From contig CAWBZV010000003.1 of assembly GCA_963793305.1 (NCBI GenBank), forward strand, positions 1,152,001-1,216,000: a stretch of DNA of 64,000 nucleotides, in the 5' to 3' direction. This document shows, piece by piece, positions 53,385 to 64,000 of this stretch. Source of the DNA: an uncultured Gemmatimonadales bacterium. GTDB taxonomy: Bacteria > Gemmatimonadota > Gemmatimonadetes > Gemmatimonadales > Gemmatimonadaceae. The first letter of the stretch is position 1, and each line of letters begins with the position of its first letter. A program made the translations under genes and the position numbers. The notes under the pieces are model-generated. The model did no database searches. It was not told where the DNA came from and saw only the letters and a program-made list of their open reading frames with translations.

Positions 53385-54182
53385 GTGGCTGAAGAAGATC
53401 CGTGTTGGCTGGCGAACGAAGGGGATGACGAGTCCGAGACGGCGCGCAAGGAGTTGATCGAGCTCCTGCTGACCCCAGGCGCAATCGCGACGTCCGTGCA
53501 GCCTATAGTTGATTACCGCACGACACCGCCCACGAACTGGGGGGTCGAGTGCCTGACGCACGGCCCGCGGGGCAGTGTGTTTGCCGATGCCGAGGTGCTG
53601 TTTCGCACGACACGCGTGGCCCGGCTGGAGGCGGAAGTGGACCGGGTGTGCGTCGCGATGGCGTTGCACTCGATGCGTCGCATCGCCCTCCCGTCGCGCA
53701 TTTTCCTGAACGTTCACCCGTCGACGCTCAGTCGCGACGCGTGGTTCCCGGCGTACCTGCGGGAAGTGGCCGAGCGATGGCGGATCGGCGTCGAGCGACT
53801 GACGGTCGAGATCGTCGAGCACGATCGGCAAACGCTGACGGGTCGCGTGTTACGGGCGGTCAACGCGCTCCGGGAGATCGGCGTGTCGGTCGCGCTCGAC
53901 GACTGCGCGGCCGACCTGGCGCACGATCCGATGCTCGTCGCGGTCCGCCCGGAATTCGTGAAGATCGCGAAGCAGGTCATCTGGGGCGCGCGTCACTCGA
54001 ACGCGGGGTTCCGCCGGTTGGAGCGCCTCGTGGACTCGACGAGCGCGCTGACCACGCTCATCGCCGAAGGCATCGAGACCGCCACCGATCTGGAGATGGT
54101 GCGGAGCCTCGGCATCTCACTCGTGCAGGGCTTTTTCGTCGGCCGCCCGGTCGCGATATCGGCGCTGCACAGTGAGCGGTAG
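53385..54182 (+). CDS. Stand-alone EAL-domain protein, partly degenerate
   Basis: QPIVD, ECL, FLNV.P, EIVE, ALDDCAAD, VKI, IAEGIET, VQGFFVGRP. Confidence 0.88.
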   Translation: MAEEDPCWLANEGDDESETARKELIELLLTPGAIATSVQPIVDYRTTPPTNWGVECLTHGPRGSVFADAEVLFRTTRVARLEAEVDRVCVAMALHSMRRIALPSRIFLNVHPSTLSRDAWFPAYLREVAERWRIGVERLTVEIVEHDRQTLTGRVLRAVNALREIGVSVALDDCAADLAHDPMLVAVRPEFVKIAKQVIWGARHSNAGFRRLERLVDSTSALTTLIAEGIETATDLEMVRSLGISLVQGFFVGRPVAISALHSER

Positions 54183-54827
54183 CCGCTCGATCGCATAGCG
54201 AAGCATGGTCCTCGGCATATGGCCCGCGTGCGCGTCGAGAAACCCGTGGAGTGTGGCGGGGGCGCGCTTACCAAGCTCCCGGAGCATCCAGCCGGTGGCT
54301 TTGTGGATCAGGTCGTGCTCGTCGGCGAGCAGCATCGACGCGAGCCGCACCGTGTCCCGGTACTCGCCCCTCTTTATAAAATGGTGCGTGGCGATGATCG
54401 CGATCCGTCGATCCCACGCATTTCTCGATCGGGCCAGCACGTCGAGCACTTGCCGGCCCTTCGTCGTCAAGTGGGCCCCGACAATCCCGGGAGCGGAACT
54501 GTCGACGAGATCCCAGTTGTTGATATAGCGGCGGTGCTTCATGTACACCCGATAGATCGCGGCGCGCTTGAGCGGCTCCGCTTTCGTGTAGGCGCTGACG
54601 AGGATCATGAGCGCCAGGTGCCGCTCCTCATGCACCCGCGACCGGAGGAGCGGCGTCACCTCCGTCAGCGACAACGCCCGATACTCGCGCGCGAGTGTCC
54701 GTAAGACCGGTACGCGAATGCCGAGGAACGGCTCAGCGCTCTTGAAGTATCCCTGCAGAAATCGCGCGCGCTCCGGCTCGGCCAGGCTACGCAGACGCTG
54801 CCTGATGGTGGACACGCGCGTCGTCAC
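54117..54827 (-). CDS. DNA alkylation repair protein (AlkD-like); start approximate
   Basis: FLGIRVP, INNWDLVD, W.RRIAI, HDLIHKATGWMLRE, MPRTMLRYAIE. Confidence 0.9.
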   Translation of the reverse strand: MTTRVSTIRQRLRSLAEPERARFLQGYFKSAEPFLGIRVPVLRTLAREYRALSLTEVTPLLRSRVHEERHLALMILVSAYTKAEPLKRAAIYRVYMKHRRYINNWDLVDSSAPGIVGAHLTTKGRQVLDVLARSRNAWDRRIAIIATHHFIKRGEYRDTVRLASMLLADEHDLIHKATGWMLRELGKRAPATLHGFLDAHAGHMPRTMLRYAIERLPLTVQRRYRDRAADEKALHE

Positions 54828-54862
54828 AAAAGAGAGAATATCCGCCCAACCTGACGGCCAGG

Positions 54863-55687
54863 TTACGGGCGTCGGACGCGCACATTCCCCTTGAATGTTC
54901 GAACCGTAATACGCGCCGAGCCATGTCCGACGACCAAGGACAGCTGCTGACCCCGCCCGGAAGCTCCGGCGATCGGCCGCACGGCCGGGATATCCGAGAC
55001 GATAGTTCCAAGAACCGTCGTCACATCGCATTGGCCGCCGAGGGTGGACGTGAGCGCCAGATCGACGGTCCCGGCGTAGTCGTCGATGTCGACCAGACCG
55101 ATATTCCCAGCATCGCCGACGAACCGCACGTCCCCGTTCACGGTGCTGACCCGTGCCCGCTCCAGACCAGTGGTCGCCACGTCGATCGCGCCACTGACGG
55201 TCGACGCGGTCAGGTCGCCGACCTGGCCGCCCAGGGTCAGACGCCCCTGACCGGTACGCGCCCGGACCCATGGTGCGGTGACCGCGATATTCACTTCTCC
55301 CGAGATCGACTCCGCTTCGAGGTCCCGCACTGTGCCGCCAAGGTGGATGCGGCTCGACACACCGTAGAACCACCCCGACACGTCCGTCGCCTCAATGTCG
55401 GCGCTGACGGCCTTGATCGACACGAGGCTCGATCGAGGCACATAGACGTCCAGCGTCGCCGACCCGGAGTCGGGATCGACACTCACCTTTACGCCGCCGT
55501 GCAGGGCGCCGTAGTAGAACGTCGAGCCACGCGCGACGGTGCCGCGGACGAGGACCGTGTCCTTGTCCCAGCCCACGAGATGTACGCGGCCGGCCGGCAC
55601 GAAGATCTTGACGCCCGCGCCCGGTGCGAGTGCCTGGCGGCGCTCGATCGGCGGTTGCAACAGGAGAAGCAGGGCGAGGGCGATCAC
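54863..55687 (-). CDS. DUF4097-like beta-strand repeat protein
   Basis: Signal peptide; SISG, TVSG, TVNG, TFKG repeats. Confidence 0.8.
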   Translation of the reverse strand: MIALALLLLLQPPIERRQALAPGAGVKIFVPAGRVHLVGWDKDTVLVRGTVARGSTFYYGALHGGVKVSVDPDSGSATLDVYVPRSSLVSIKAVSADIEATDVSGWFYGVSSRIHLGGTVRDLEAESISGEVNIAVTAPWVRARTGQGRLTLGGQVGDLTASTVSGAIDVATTGLERARVSTVNGDVRFVGDAGNIGLVDIDDYAGTVDLALTSTLGGQCDVTTVLGTIVSDIPAVRPIAGASGRGQQLSLVVGHGSARITVRTFKGNVRVRRP

Positions 55688-56139
55688 GAGGCGTTCGCCA
55701 AGAGCTTCATAAGGTCCACCTTGTGGGCGTAGGCCTCGGCCAGGAGTTGCGCCAAGGCAGGGTCATTTGGGCGCCGAGCCAACTCGGCCCTGAGCTCGGT
55801 GATCGCGCTGTCGATCGTTCCCAGACTCGCTCTGACCGAGGCTTCCGTTTCTGGCCGGAGCTCGCCGCGCCTCAGCTCCAGCTCATCCAGCAGATCTCGT
55901 TCTACCCGCGCGTCGTTCGAGGCATCCGCGGAATCCACCACGGCACGCACGGTCGCTGGCGCGACCTGCGTGACGTTGATGGCTGATCCCGGCCGGTGCA
56001 GCACTATGAGCACGATGGCCGCCGCGGCCGCAAGGCCAACGATCGGCCCGATCACGCGCCAGCGACGCTTGGCTTGGATTCGCCCCCGAATGCCAGGCCA
56101 CAGGTCATGGGGTGGGTCTATCTCACGCTTAAAGTTCAT
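55684..56139 (-). CDS. Putative membrane anti-sigma factor
   Basis: PPHDLWPGI..RI, one TM helix; directly downstream of an ECF sigma gene. Confidence 0.7.
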   Translation of the reverse strand: MNFKREIDPPHDLWPGIRGRIQAKRRWRVIGPIVGLAAAAAIVLIVLHRPGSAINVTQVAPATVRAVVDSADASNDARVERDLLDELELRRGELRPETEASVRASLGTIDSAITELRAELARRPNDPALAQLLAEAYAHKVDLMKLLANAS

Positions 56140-56648
56140 TAGGAGGCCAGCATTTGGCGCGCTTTCCACAGCTGCGAGCGAACCGTGCCGGGAGCGCGTC
56201 CGAGGAAATTTGCGATTTCGTCATGGCTGTACCCTTCAATGTCGTGCAACACGAAGACAACGCGAGCCCCGGGTGGGAGTCGGAGGAGCGCGGCATCGAG
56301 ATCAATGCGCTCGTCGCTTCTCACCGGCGGTGTCTCGGCCACGGTCGTATCGTCCAACATGATGCGCGCCTCACGCCGTCTGGTTGATCGCATCTCCTGC
56401 AGCACCACGTTGACGGTCAACCGGTGCAGCCACGATGCGAACGCGCTGTCGCCACGAAAGCTCTTGATGCGCTCCCACACCCGCACAAACACATCCTGCA
56501 CCCGCTCGGCCGCGTCCATGCGATCGCCGGTCAGGCGCAGGCAGAGCGCATACGTCCGGGCGGCGTGGCGCCGGTACAGCGGCTCGAACGCGTCGAGGTC
56601 GCCTCGCTGCACCCGGCGCACCAGCGCCACGTCGTCCAGTTCCGTCAC
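56139..56648 (-). CDS. ECF sigma factor
   Basis: GD.DAFE.LY.RH, QDVFVR.W, F.SWLHR, LHDIEGYSH.EIA, GTV.SQL.KAR. Confidence 0.93.
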   Translation of the reverse strand: MTELDDVALVRRVQRGDLDAFEPLYRRHAARTYALCLRLTGDRMDAAERVQDVFVRVWERIKSFRGDSAFASWLHRLTVNVVLQEMRSTRRREARIMLDDTTVAETPPVRSDERIDLDAALLRLPPGARVVFVLHDIEGYSHDEIANFLGRAPGTVRSQLWKARQMLAS

Positions 56649-57694
56649 ATCGCTAACACGTATGCCATGCGCGCGCTGTCTCCGGCGTCGTCGCCATACC
56701 CGCCGGCGATGAGTACCCGACCGCCGCCGAGCGCGGTCGCGGTCGAGTAGTAGCGAGCGGCTGAGAGCCCACCGGTCACGGGCGCGAAGACTCCACGGGC
56801 AGGATCATACACTTCGAAACCCGCGCCGCCACCGGCGACGAGTACGCGCCCGTCGTCCAGCGGAACAAGCGCGTGGGCCAACTTGTATCGCGCCTCGTGC
56901 AGATCGCCCGTTCAATGAAATTTCTGCGTCGCCGGATCATACACCTCGGCCGTTCTCGATTTTGCGCGCCCATCGTCGTTGCCTGATCCGCCGACGATGA
57001 GCACACGTCCGTCAGACAGCACAGCCGCCGCGGCCTTGCGGCGGGGCTCGGTCATATCACCCACGGGCATAAATTTGCCAGTTGCCTCGTTGTAGACCTC
57101 GGCGCTGCCCAGCGTGTGCTGCAGGTCGGGTTCCCCGCCTGCAATGAGAACGCGTCCGTCGGGCAGGGCCGACGCAACGTGATACGCCCGGGCGACGCTC
57201 ATATCGCCGGTCGGCGTGAAGCGGCCAGTCACCGGATCATACAGCTCCGCGCTCTGCGTAGCGACCTCGCTGGATGCATCGACGCCACCGGCGATGAGCA
57301 CGCGCCCGTCTGGCAAGAGCGTAGCGGTCGCCTCCGCGCGCGGAACCGCCAAGCCGCCGGTGGGCGTGAATCGCCCGGTCGTTGGATCGTAGAGCAGAGC
57401 ACTGCGATAGATGCGGCCGTCACCACTATAGCCACCAGCCAGGAGCACGCGCCCGTCTTTGAGTAGTGTCGCGGTCTGGCTCATGCGCGGTTCGGGCATC
57501 TCGCCTGTCGACGTGAACTGTCGGGTGGCGGGATCATACAGCTCGGCCGTCGCCAGGACATCGTGGTTGCGGATCATGCCACCGGCGATCAGGACCCGGC
57601 CATCGGCCAATCGCGTGGCACTGTGGATCGCTCGCTGCGCGTGCATCTCGGGGCACGTTGGGCAGAGGAGCAGGGAAACCAGGAGCGGGAACAT
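56645..57694 (-). CDS. Kelch-repeat beta-propeller with an in-frame TGA at 56912-56914
   Basis: Repeated AT.L.DGRVLIAGG...AELYDP; the same frame continues past the stop as TGDLHEARYKLAHALVPLDDGRVLVAGG. Confidence 0.88.
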
Positions 57695-57761
57695 CAAGTG
57701 GCACCTCCTCGTCGTCTCGGTTGACGAAGGTGAGATGCCACTCGAGGGCTCCGTGCTTATG

Positions 57762-58643
57762 TCAGCATCCCCCTTCGTTCCCGGTCGAGGTCGCGAAGGC
57801 GTGGCCGACCTGGTCGAGATCGATCGGCTCGACATCCTTGGCGTCAGACCGCCCGGTCACACGCTCGAGGCTGACCTTGGCCTTGGCGTACGTCGAGTCC
57901 ACCGAGAGGGCTTTCTCGAACACCGACTTGGCCTGGGTCACGTGTCCGGTGCGCTCCAGCGCCAGTCCCAGGTTGTTCTGGAACGTCGCGTTGTTCGTAT
58001 CCAGCTGGGTCGCCCTTGCCAATGGTGAGAGTGCGTCGACATACCGACCGTTGTCGATCAGCACCAGGCCCATGTCATTCATGGCCCATGTATCGGTCGA
58101 GTCGATCGTGATCGCCCGACGATAGGCATCGAGCGCCTCGTCGACTTTCCCTAGCCGCGCGTTGACGCGGCCCAGGACACGCCAGCTCGAGCCGTTGGTC
58201 GAGTCGAGCGCAATGGCCGCTTGGATCTGCTCGAGCGCGTCGCCCGCCTTGTCCTGCTCGAGCAACACCCGGCTCAGATTCACCAGCGATTTCACTTGCT
58301 TGGGATCCTTGGCGATCGCCGCTTCGAACGCATCGCGCGCGCGATCGAGCTGGCCTGACTTCCAGGACGAGAGGCCGAGCATGTAGTAGCCCCACGCATT
58401 GTCGGGGCGATGCTTGGTGTAGACATCGAACATCCCCACCGCGTCGGAATACCGGTGCGCGGCGTACGCTGATTCCGCCGTGGCGTACGAGACGTTCTCC
58501 GGGATCACCGGAGCGCTCGGCGGCGTCGTGGCTTCCACCTTCGGGGTCGTCACCGGTTCGCCGGTCGAGACCTGTTGGTGTTTTTCGTGGCCGCCGCAAG
58601 CTGCGACGGAGAGGGCGAGTGTGGCGATCGTGGCGCGGTACAT
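57762..58643 (-). CDS. TPR lipoprotein
   Basis: Lipobox VAAC; canonical TPRs (YYMLG, NNLGLAL). Confidence 0.88.
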   Translation of the reverse strand: MYRATIATLALSVAACGGHEKHQQVSTGEPVTTPKVEATTPPSAPVIPENVSYATAESAYAAHRYSDAVGMFDVYTKHRPDNAWGYYMLGLSSWKSGQLDRARDAFEAAIAKDPKQVKSLVNLSRVLLEQDKAGDALEQIQAAIALDSTNGSSWRVLGRVNARLGKVDEALDAYRRAITIDSTDTWAMNDMGLVLIDNGRYVDALSPLARATQLDTNNATFQNNLGLALERTGHVTQAKSVFEKALSVDSTYAKAKVSLERVTGRSDAKDVEPIDLDQVGHAFATSTGNEGGC

Positions 58644-58676
58644 AGAGACCTCGGGTTGGGGTTGTGCCCCACCCAA

Positions 58677-58692
58677 AGCAATCGCGCGACCA
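58677..58692 (-). promoter_or_regulatory. Sigma54 -24/-12 promoter for the TPR-kelch-ECF unit
   Basis: TGGTCGCGCGATTGCT (TGG-N8-TTGCT), about 35 bp before the ATG. Confidence 0.7.
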
Positions 58693-58777
58693 CGAATTAC
58701 GCGGCGCTTCGCGACCGTTTAAAGAGCTGTCACGATGGCACTTACGCCGCTTGCCCATTCTCCTATCTGACCAAATT

Positions 58778-58826
58778 GTGTTCGCGTGGACACGCGCCCC
58801 GAAGGGGGGTGTGTCCACGCGAACAC
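58778..58826. promoter_or_regulatory. 16-bp perfect inverted repeat (tandem enhancer sites and/or terminator hairpin)
   Basis: GTGTTCGCGTGGACAC (58778-58793) and GTGTCCACGCGAACAC (58811-58826). Confidence 0.7.
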
Positions 58827-58832
58827 GCGAAC

Positions 58833-60156
<1,324 letters not shown>

Positions 60157-60185
<29 letters not shown>

Positions 60186-60280
60186 GGGTGCGGAGTTACA
60201 GGTGAAACGTGACCGCGATTATCATCGCAGACGAGTACGGTCGTCATGGGTGCGGAGTTACGGGTGAAACGTGACCGCGA
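60157..60280. repeat. 62-bp tandem duplication across the kinase stop and regulator start
   Basis: 60157-60218 and 60219-60280 are identical except A60200 vs G60262. Confidence 0.95.
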
Positions 60281-61830
60281 CGCGAGTGCCGCGGCCCGGC
60301 GCCGTGTCGACCGTCAGGGTCGCCGCGAGGTCGGTGACGAGTCGGCGCACGATCGAGAGCCCGAGCCCGGGTCCTTCGAACGCGCGTGCGAGCTGCTCCT
60401 GCGTCATGCCACTCCCCGTATCCTCGATCGTGAGCTGTCCGCCGGCGGTCGTCGTGATCGTCAACGCCCCTCCATTGCCCATGGCGTTGACCGCGTTCGT
60501 CGCGATGTTTTCGATAATGCGCCTTAGCCCCAAGGGGTCGGCTGTGATCTGCGGCATTGCGGGATCGAGTGCCAGCTTGAGGGTAATGCCGTCCGGCACG
60601 ACGACGGATCGCGCGATGGCGTTGACGTCGATGCGCTGAGGCTCGGCGCGCGGCGTCAGCAGCGCATAATTTCGCGCCAGCGCGTCGAGATACGCCACGC
60701 TGGCATCGAGCGTGGCGCGCCGCTCGGCGAACACCGGCGCGAGCGCGTTCGGATCCTCGCGGGCGACCTGGTCGAAGTGCCGGAGCACATGTCTCAGGGG
60801 CGCCAGCCCATTTTTGATGTCGTGCGTCACCTGGCGCGACAGATCCCCGATCGTCGCCCGCCGCTCGGCCTCCCGTAGCCGTACGGTGCTCGATCGCAGC
60901 CGGCGCACGAGCGCGCCGAGCACGCGGCTCAGCGTGCCGATCTCGTCGTCCCGGTTCGTCGCGAAGTGGACGTCGAGCCGATCGAGATCCAGCCGCTCTG
61001 TTTCGGCCGCCAGCGCCGCCAACGGTTGCCCGATGCGGGCCGCGAGAGCGACCGCTCCCAGCGTCGCGGCAATCGCCACCAGCGCGACGGCGGCCGCGAA
61101 CCAGCGGTCGACGCTGTGGCGCAACGCATCGAGCTCGGTGCTCGGAATGCGCGATGACGAACCGTGCCGTCGCGAGCGAGTCGTTCGACACGAACGGGAA
61201 CGGGATGTCGGCGACGATATCATTCGGTGCCGAGCCACCTGGCAACGCGAGCGACACGGTTAGTGTGCTATCCGTGCGCAGCCGCCCGAGAAAGGCCGAA
61301 TCGACAGCGACGCCCCCGACCAGCGTGATGCGTCGATCGCCGATGCGCGCGCTGTCCATGCGAGCCAGCACGAGCCGCGCCCCATCTGGCGTGCGCGCAT
61401 TGACGAGTGCGGCGCCTCCAGCCAGCAGGCGCGGCAACGCCGGATCGAGGCGATCGTACTCGTTGCGAAAATGCCCGGAGCTCAGGATCCGTCCGTGCTC
61501 GTCCTGCAACTGGAGCATGTCGAGCCCGGTCATCCGCATCGCCTGCCCAGCATAGTCGAGCAAGTACGCGCGCTCGCCGGCGTCGCGGAGTGCCGTGCGC
61601 AGATGCTCGTCATCAGGCACTGCGTCGCGCAACGACGCGAGCCGATCGCCGACCGCGGCGCTCGTCTGCGACAGGTCCGTTCGCGTGACCGCGGCCAGCG
61701 CCGCAACGCGCGAGCGATACTGCGCGGTGAGCCTGAGATCCATCTCGCGCCGCACGCCGATCGCGAGCCCGATCAGCGGCACGAGCGCGATCAGGCCGAA
61801 TGCCACGAAGAGCCGGCCGCGAAAGCTCAC
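60258..61830 (-). CDS. HAMP sensor histidine kinase (NtrY-like), frameshifted near 61146
   Basis: TM and periplasmic domain in one frame; TM, HAMP, THDIKNGL, NIATNA, DTGSGM, GLGLSIV in the next. Confidence 0.85.
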
Positions 61831-62571
61831 GGTGTGGTCTCCAGCCGCATGCTCCGCGTCGTGTCGGCCACGACACCGACCGCGCCCCGTCGGACGATGA
61901 GTTGCGATCGCGTGTCCACGAGCGGCACGGCGTGCGATCCGCCGGATCTCGCAGCGCGCGCCGTCGATTGGCGTGCGCCATGGATAGTACGGCGAGTCGC
62001 CCGCAAGTCTAGGACGAGCCGCGACAGTGGCATTGTAGCTGTGCCACACCGAGACCGACGAGTCGCTCGGCGAGCGAGCGGGCGATACTGTCGTCGGCGA
62101 GGTAGTACGACGTCGCTCGGCGTTGGCCGGCCACCGAAGGTATCCAGTGGGACACGTGCTGTTTCGCCATGCGCGCGTCGGCGTGCACCGCATCCAGAAC
62201 GTCGGGCACGGAGTCGACGATGCTCGTGAGTCAGGGCATATTGCCGGTCCCACGGCAACGTGATACTCGCGAAGTCGTGGCGAGATGACGCGTAGCGAAT
62301 GACGGATGGGCGATCCGTCACCAACACATCGCCATCGCCGTCGATGAAATCGAGCGCCTCACGATCGGAGACGACGGTGACGCGGACGTTGGTGTCCCGC
62401 GCGAGACTGCCGCGCCAGCCGCACGCCGAACGAGTCGGTCGCGGCAATGCGCAGTGAGTCAGCGGCGATCGCGGGACCGGCGAGAATGACCGACACCGGC
62501 GACGGCGCGGGCGTGACGGCGTGGCCGCAGGCGAGTACGCACACCAAGAGCATGGCGTGACGTGTATTCAC
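61827..62571 (-). CDS. Hypothetical lipoprotein broken by several frameshifts
   Basis: Lipobox VLAC; coding-like segments in three frames (DVLVTDRPSVIRYA, ARSLAERLV, VPLVDTR); stop overlaps the kinase GTG. Confidence 0.5.
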
Positions 62572-62580
62572 TACCGAAAG

Positions 62581-63177
62581 CTAAGACGTGGACGCGCCGG
62601 GTACCTTGCCCGCCACGCGGGCGGGATTGCCGACCATGATGACGTTCGCGGGCACAGCGCCCGAGCAGATGGCGCCGAAGGCGATGACGCTGTTATCGCC
62701 GATCGATGTCCCGGGCATGATGGCCGTCTCCGGCGCGATCCAGACGTTCTCGCCGATCGTGATCGCCGCGGTCCGAACCGGCGCCGAGGGATCGCGCCGG
62801 TTGATGGCGATCGAGTGGAAGTCGGTATCCATGATCCGACACTCGGACACCTGGGAGAGGCTTCCGATCGAGATGCGCTCCATGCACCCGAACCGCACGG
62901 CCACGAGATCGACTTTATTGCCGACGGTGATGACCGCGTTCAGGCTGTGCGTAAACGGTGTGGTCCGCTGGATGACCCGGACGTCATCGCCGAACACCAC
63001 GCGGCCGGGCCCGCGGACGACCAGCGAGCCGAAGACCCGCAGATTGCGGCCGGCCTGGAACCGGCGACCGCGCAGCGGCAAGTAGGCCTTGTAGAAATGG
63101 CCTTTCAGGATCGCGAACCCCACGCGCAACGTGCGACCGGGTTCGGCCAGGATCCTACGAAACCGGGATTGGGTCAC
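62581..63177 (-). CDS. Hexapeptide-repeat acyltransferase
   Basis: IMDTDFH, ITIGENVWI, IGDNSVI, GNPARV. Confidence 0.88.
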   Translation of the reverse strand: MTQSRFRRILAEPGRTLRVGFAILKGHFYKAYLPLRGRRFQAGRNLRVFGSLVVRGPGRVVFGDDVRVIQRTTPFTHSLNAVITVGNKVDLVAVRFGCMERISIGSLSQVSECRIMDTDFHSIAINRRDPSAPVRTAAITIGENVWIAPETAIMPGTSIGDNSVIAFGAICSGAVPANVIMVGNPARVAGKVPGASTS

Positions 63178-64000
63178 GAGTCTCGTCGGCCGCCGCCAGC
63201 CGGAGAAGCTCGGCGCGGTCGACCTTGCCGTTCACGTTCAGGGGAAACTGATCCAGTCGAACAATCTTGCTCGGTACCATATACGCCGGCAGCACCAGGG
63301 CCGCTGCGCGCCGGAGCGCATCGGGCGACTCGACCGCGCCGGTCACGAAGGCGACGACGCCCAGAGCTTGCGCCTGCGCAATGGGGTACCCCACCGCCAC
63401 GGCCCCGGTCACGCCCGGCTGCTGCCGTAGTACACCCTCGATTTCGGCCGGCTCGACTCGAAATCCCAGAATCTTGAGCTGGTGGTCGACTCGGCCGAGG
63501 TAACTGTAGATCCCGGAGGGGTGCTCGACCACGCGGTCGCCCGTGCGATAATAGCCCTCAACGAATCGCACCGCGGTTTGAGCGGGATCTCGCCAGTATC
63601 CGGGTGCCGTCTGAGGCCCGCCCACCAGAAGCTCCTCATCGATCACCCGCGCGCTGAGTCCGTCCAGTGGCCGCCCAATCGGCACGATGCCGTTCAAAGA
63701 CTCTGGCGCCACACCGGCCCACCGGTAGACGAAGCAAGCGATGGTCAATTCGGTCGGTCCATAGAGATTTTCGACCGTCGAATTCGGCGCCGCCGCCTGC
63801 CACCGCTCGGCCGTCTCATTGGTCAGCGGCTCGCCGCAGAAGAGACTCCACCGCAGGCTCGGCATGGACGCAGCCTGGATGCGATCGCGAGCCAAGACGG
63901 CCGCGGAAGGTACGGAGAACCACGACGTGAGCTGGTGTGCGTTCACAAACCTGGCCGGCGCCAGCATCTCGATCGGCGCCATGGCGTACAGGCACGCGCC
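63155..64000 (-). CDS. Amino-acid adenylation domain protein (DltA/NRPS-A-like), 5' end outside the window
   Basis: FCGEPL, NLYGPTE, YRTGD, GRVDHQLKILGFRVE, PLNVNGKVDR. Confidence 0.92.
   Translation of the reverse strand, partial: GACLYAMAPIEMLAPARFVNAHQLTSWFSVPSAAVLARDRIQAASMPSLRWSLFCGEPLTNETAERWQAAAPNSTVENLYGPTELTIACFVYRWAGVAPESLNGIVPIGRPLDGLSARVIDEELLVGGPQTAPGYWRDPAQTAVRFVEGYYRTGDRVVEHPSGIYSYLGRVDHQLKILGFRVEPAEIEGVLRQQPGVTGAVAVGYPIAQAQALGVVAFVTGAVESPDALRRAAALVLPAYMVPSKIVRLDQFPLNVNGKVDRAELLRLAAADETRDPIPVS

Noticed and set aside
54117..54182. Convergent 3' overlaps (also 573-645, 11803-11846, 31030-31091) as antisense regulation
   Set aside because: They recur throughout the window and fit a compact high-GC genome with rare stop codons
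56912..56914. Selenocysteine readthrough
   Set aside because: The aligned residue in other blades is P or S, not Cys, and I recognised no SECIS

Overview
A gene-dense, high-GC bacterial chromosomal segment of about 60 CDS. The gene content (ADOP permease, DUF2723, Uma2 paralogs, many sigma54 and ECF systems) suggests a Gemmatimonadota/Acidobacteriota-type organism; this is inference. I found no rRNA, tRNA, CRISPR, transposase or integrase. Main blocks: (i) a sigma54-type two-component system inside a periplasmic methionine/thiol redox-repair island (Met-rich MXKDX-DM13 protein, cytochrome b plus MsrP-like molybdoenzyme, DipZ, thioredoxin-MsrB fusion, lactonase), where four gene starts share a GGG-N8-TTGC motif; (ii) a sugar locus (SSS symporter, galK, nucleotidyltransferase, GH3) interrupted by a lower-GC ArsR-SRPBCC cassette; (iii) a DUF4331 x2 / TPR / HupE-UreJ operon divergent from a TonB receptor, with mirror-image ECF-type promoters; (iv) an MCP + porin + small PBP-like trio; (v) two consecutive genes that each encode a LysR-LysR tandem fusion, flanked by an EAL protein and a PRC-barrel/LytS/LytTR unit; (vi) a second sigma54 system with TPR, kelch, ECF, anti-sigma and DUF4097 genes. 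There is also a 13-bp tandem array, a 62-bp tandem duplication, two in-frame stops and at least nine inferred +1 frameshifts, probably sequencing errors with a sequence-context bias. Domain names come from motif recognition by eye, not from database searches.
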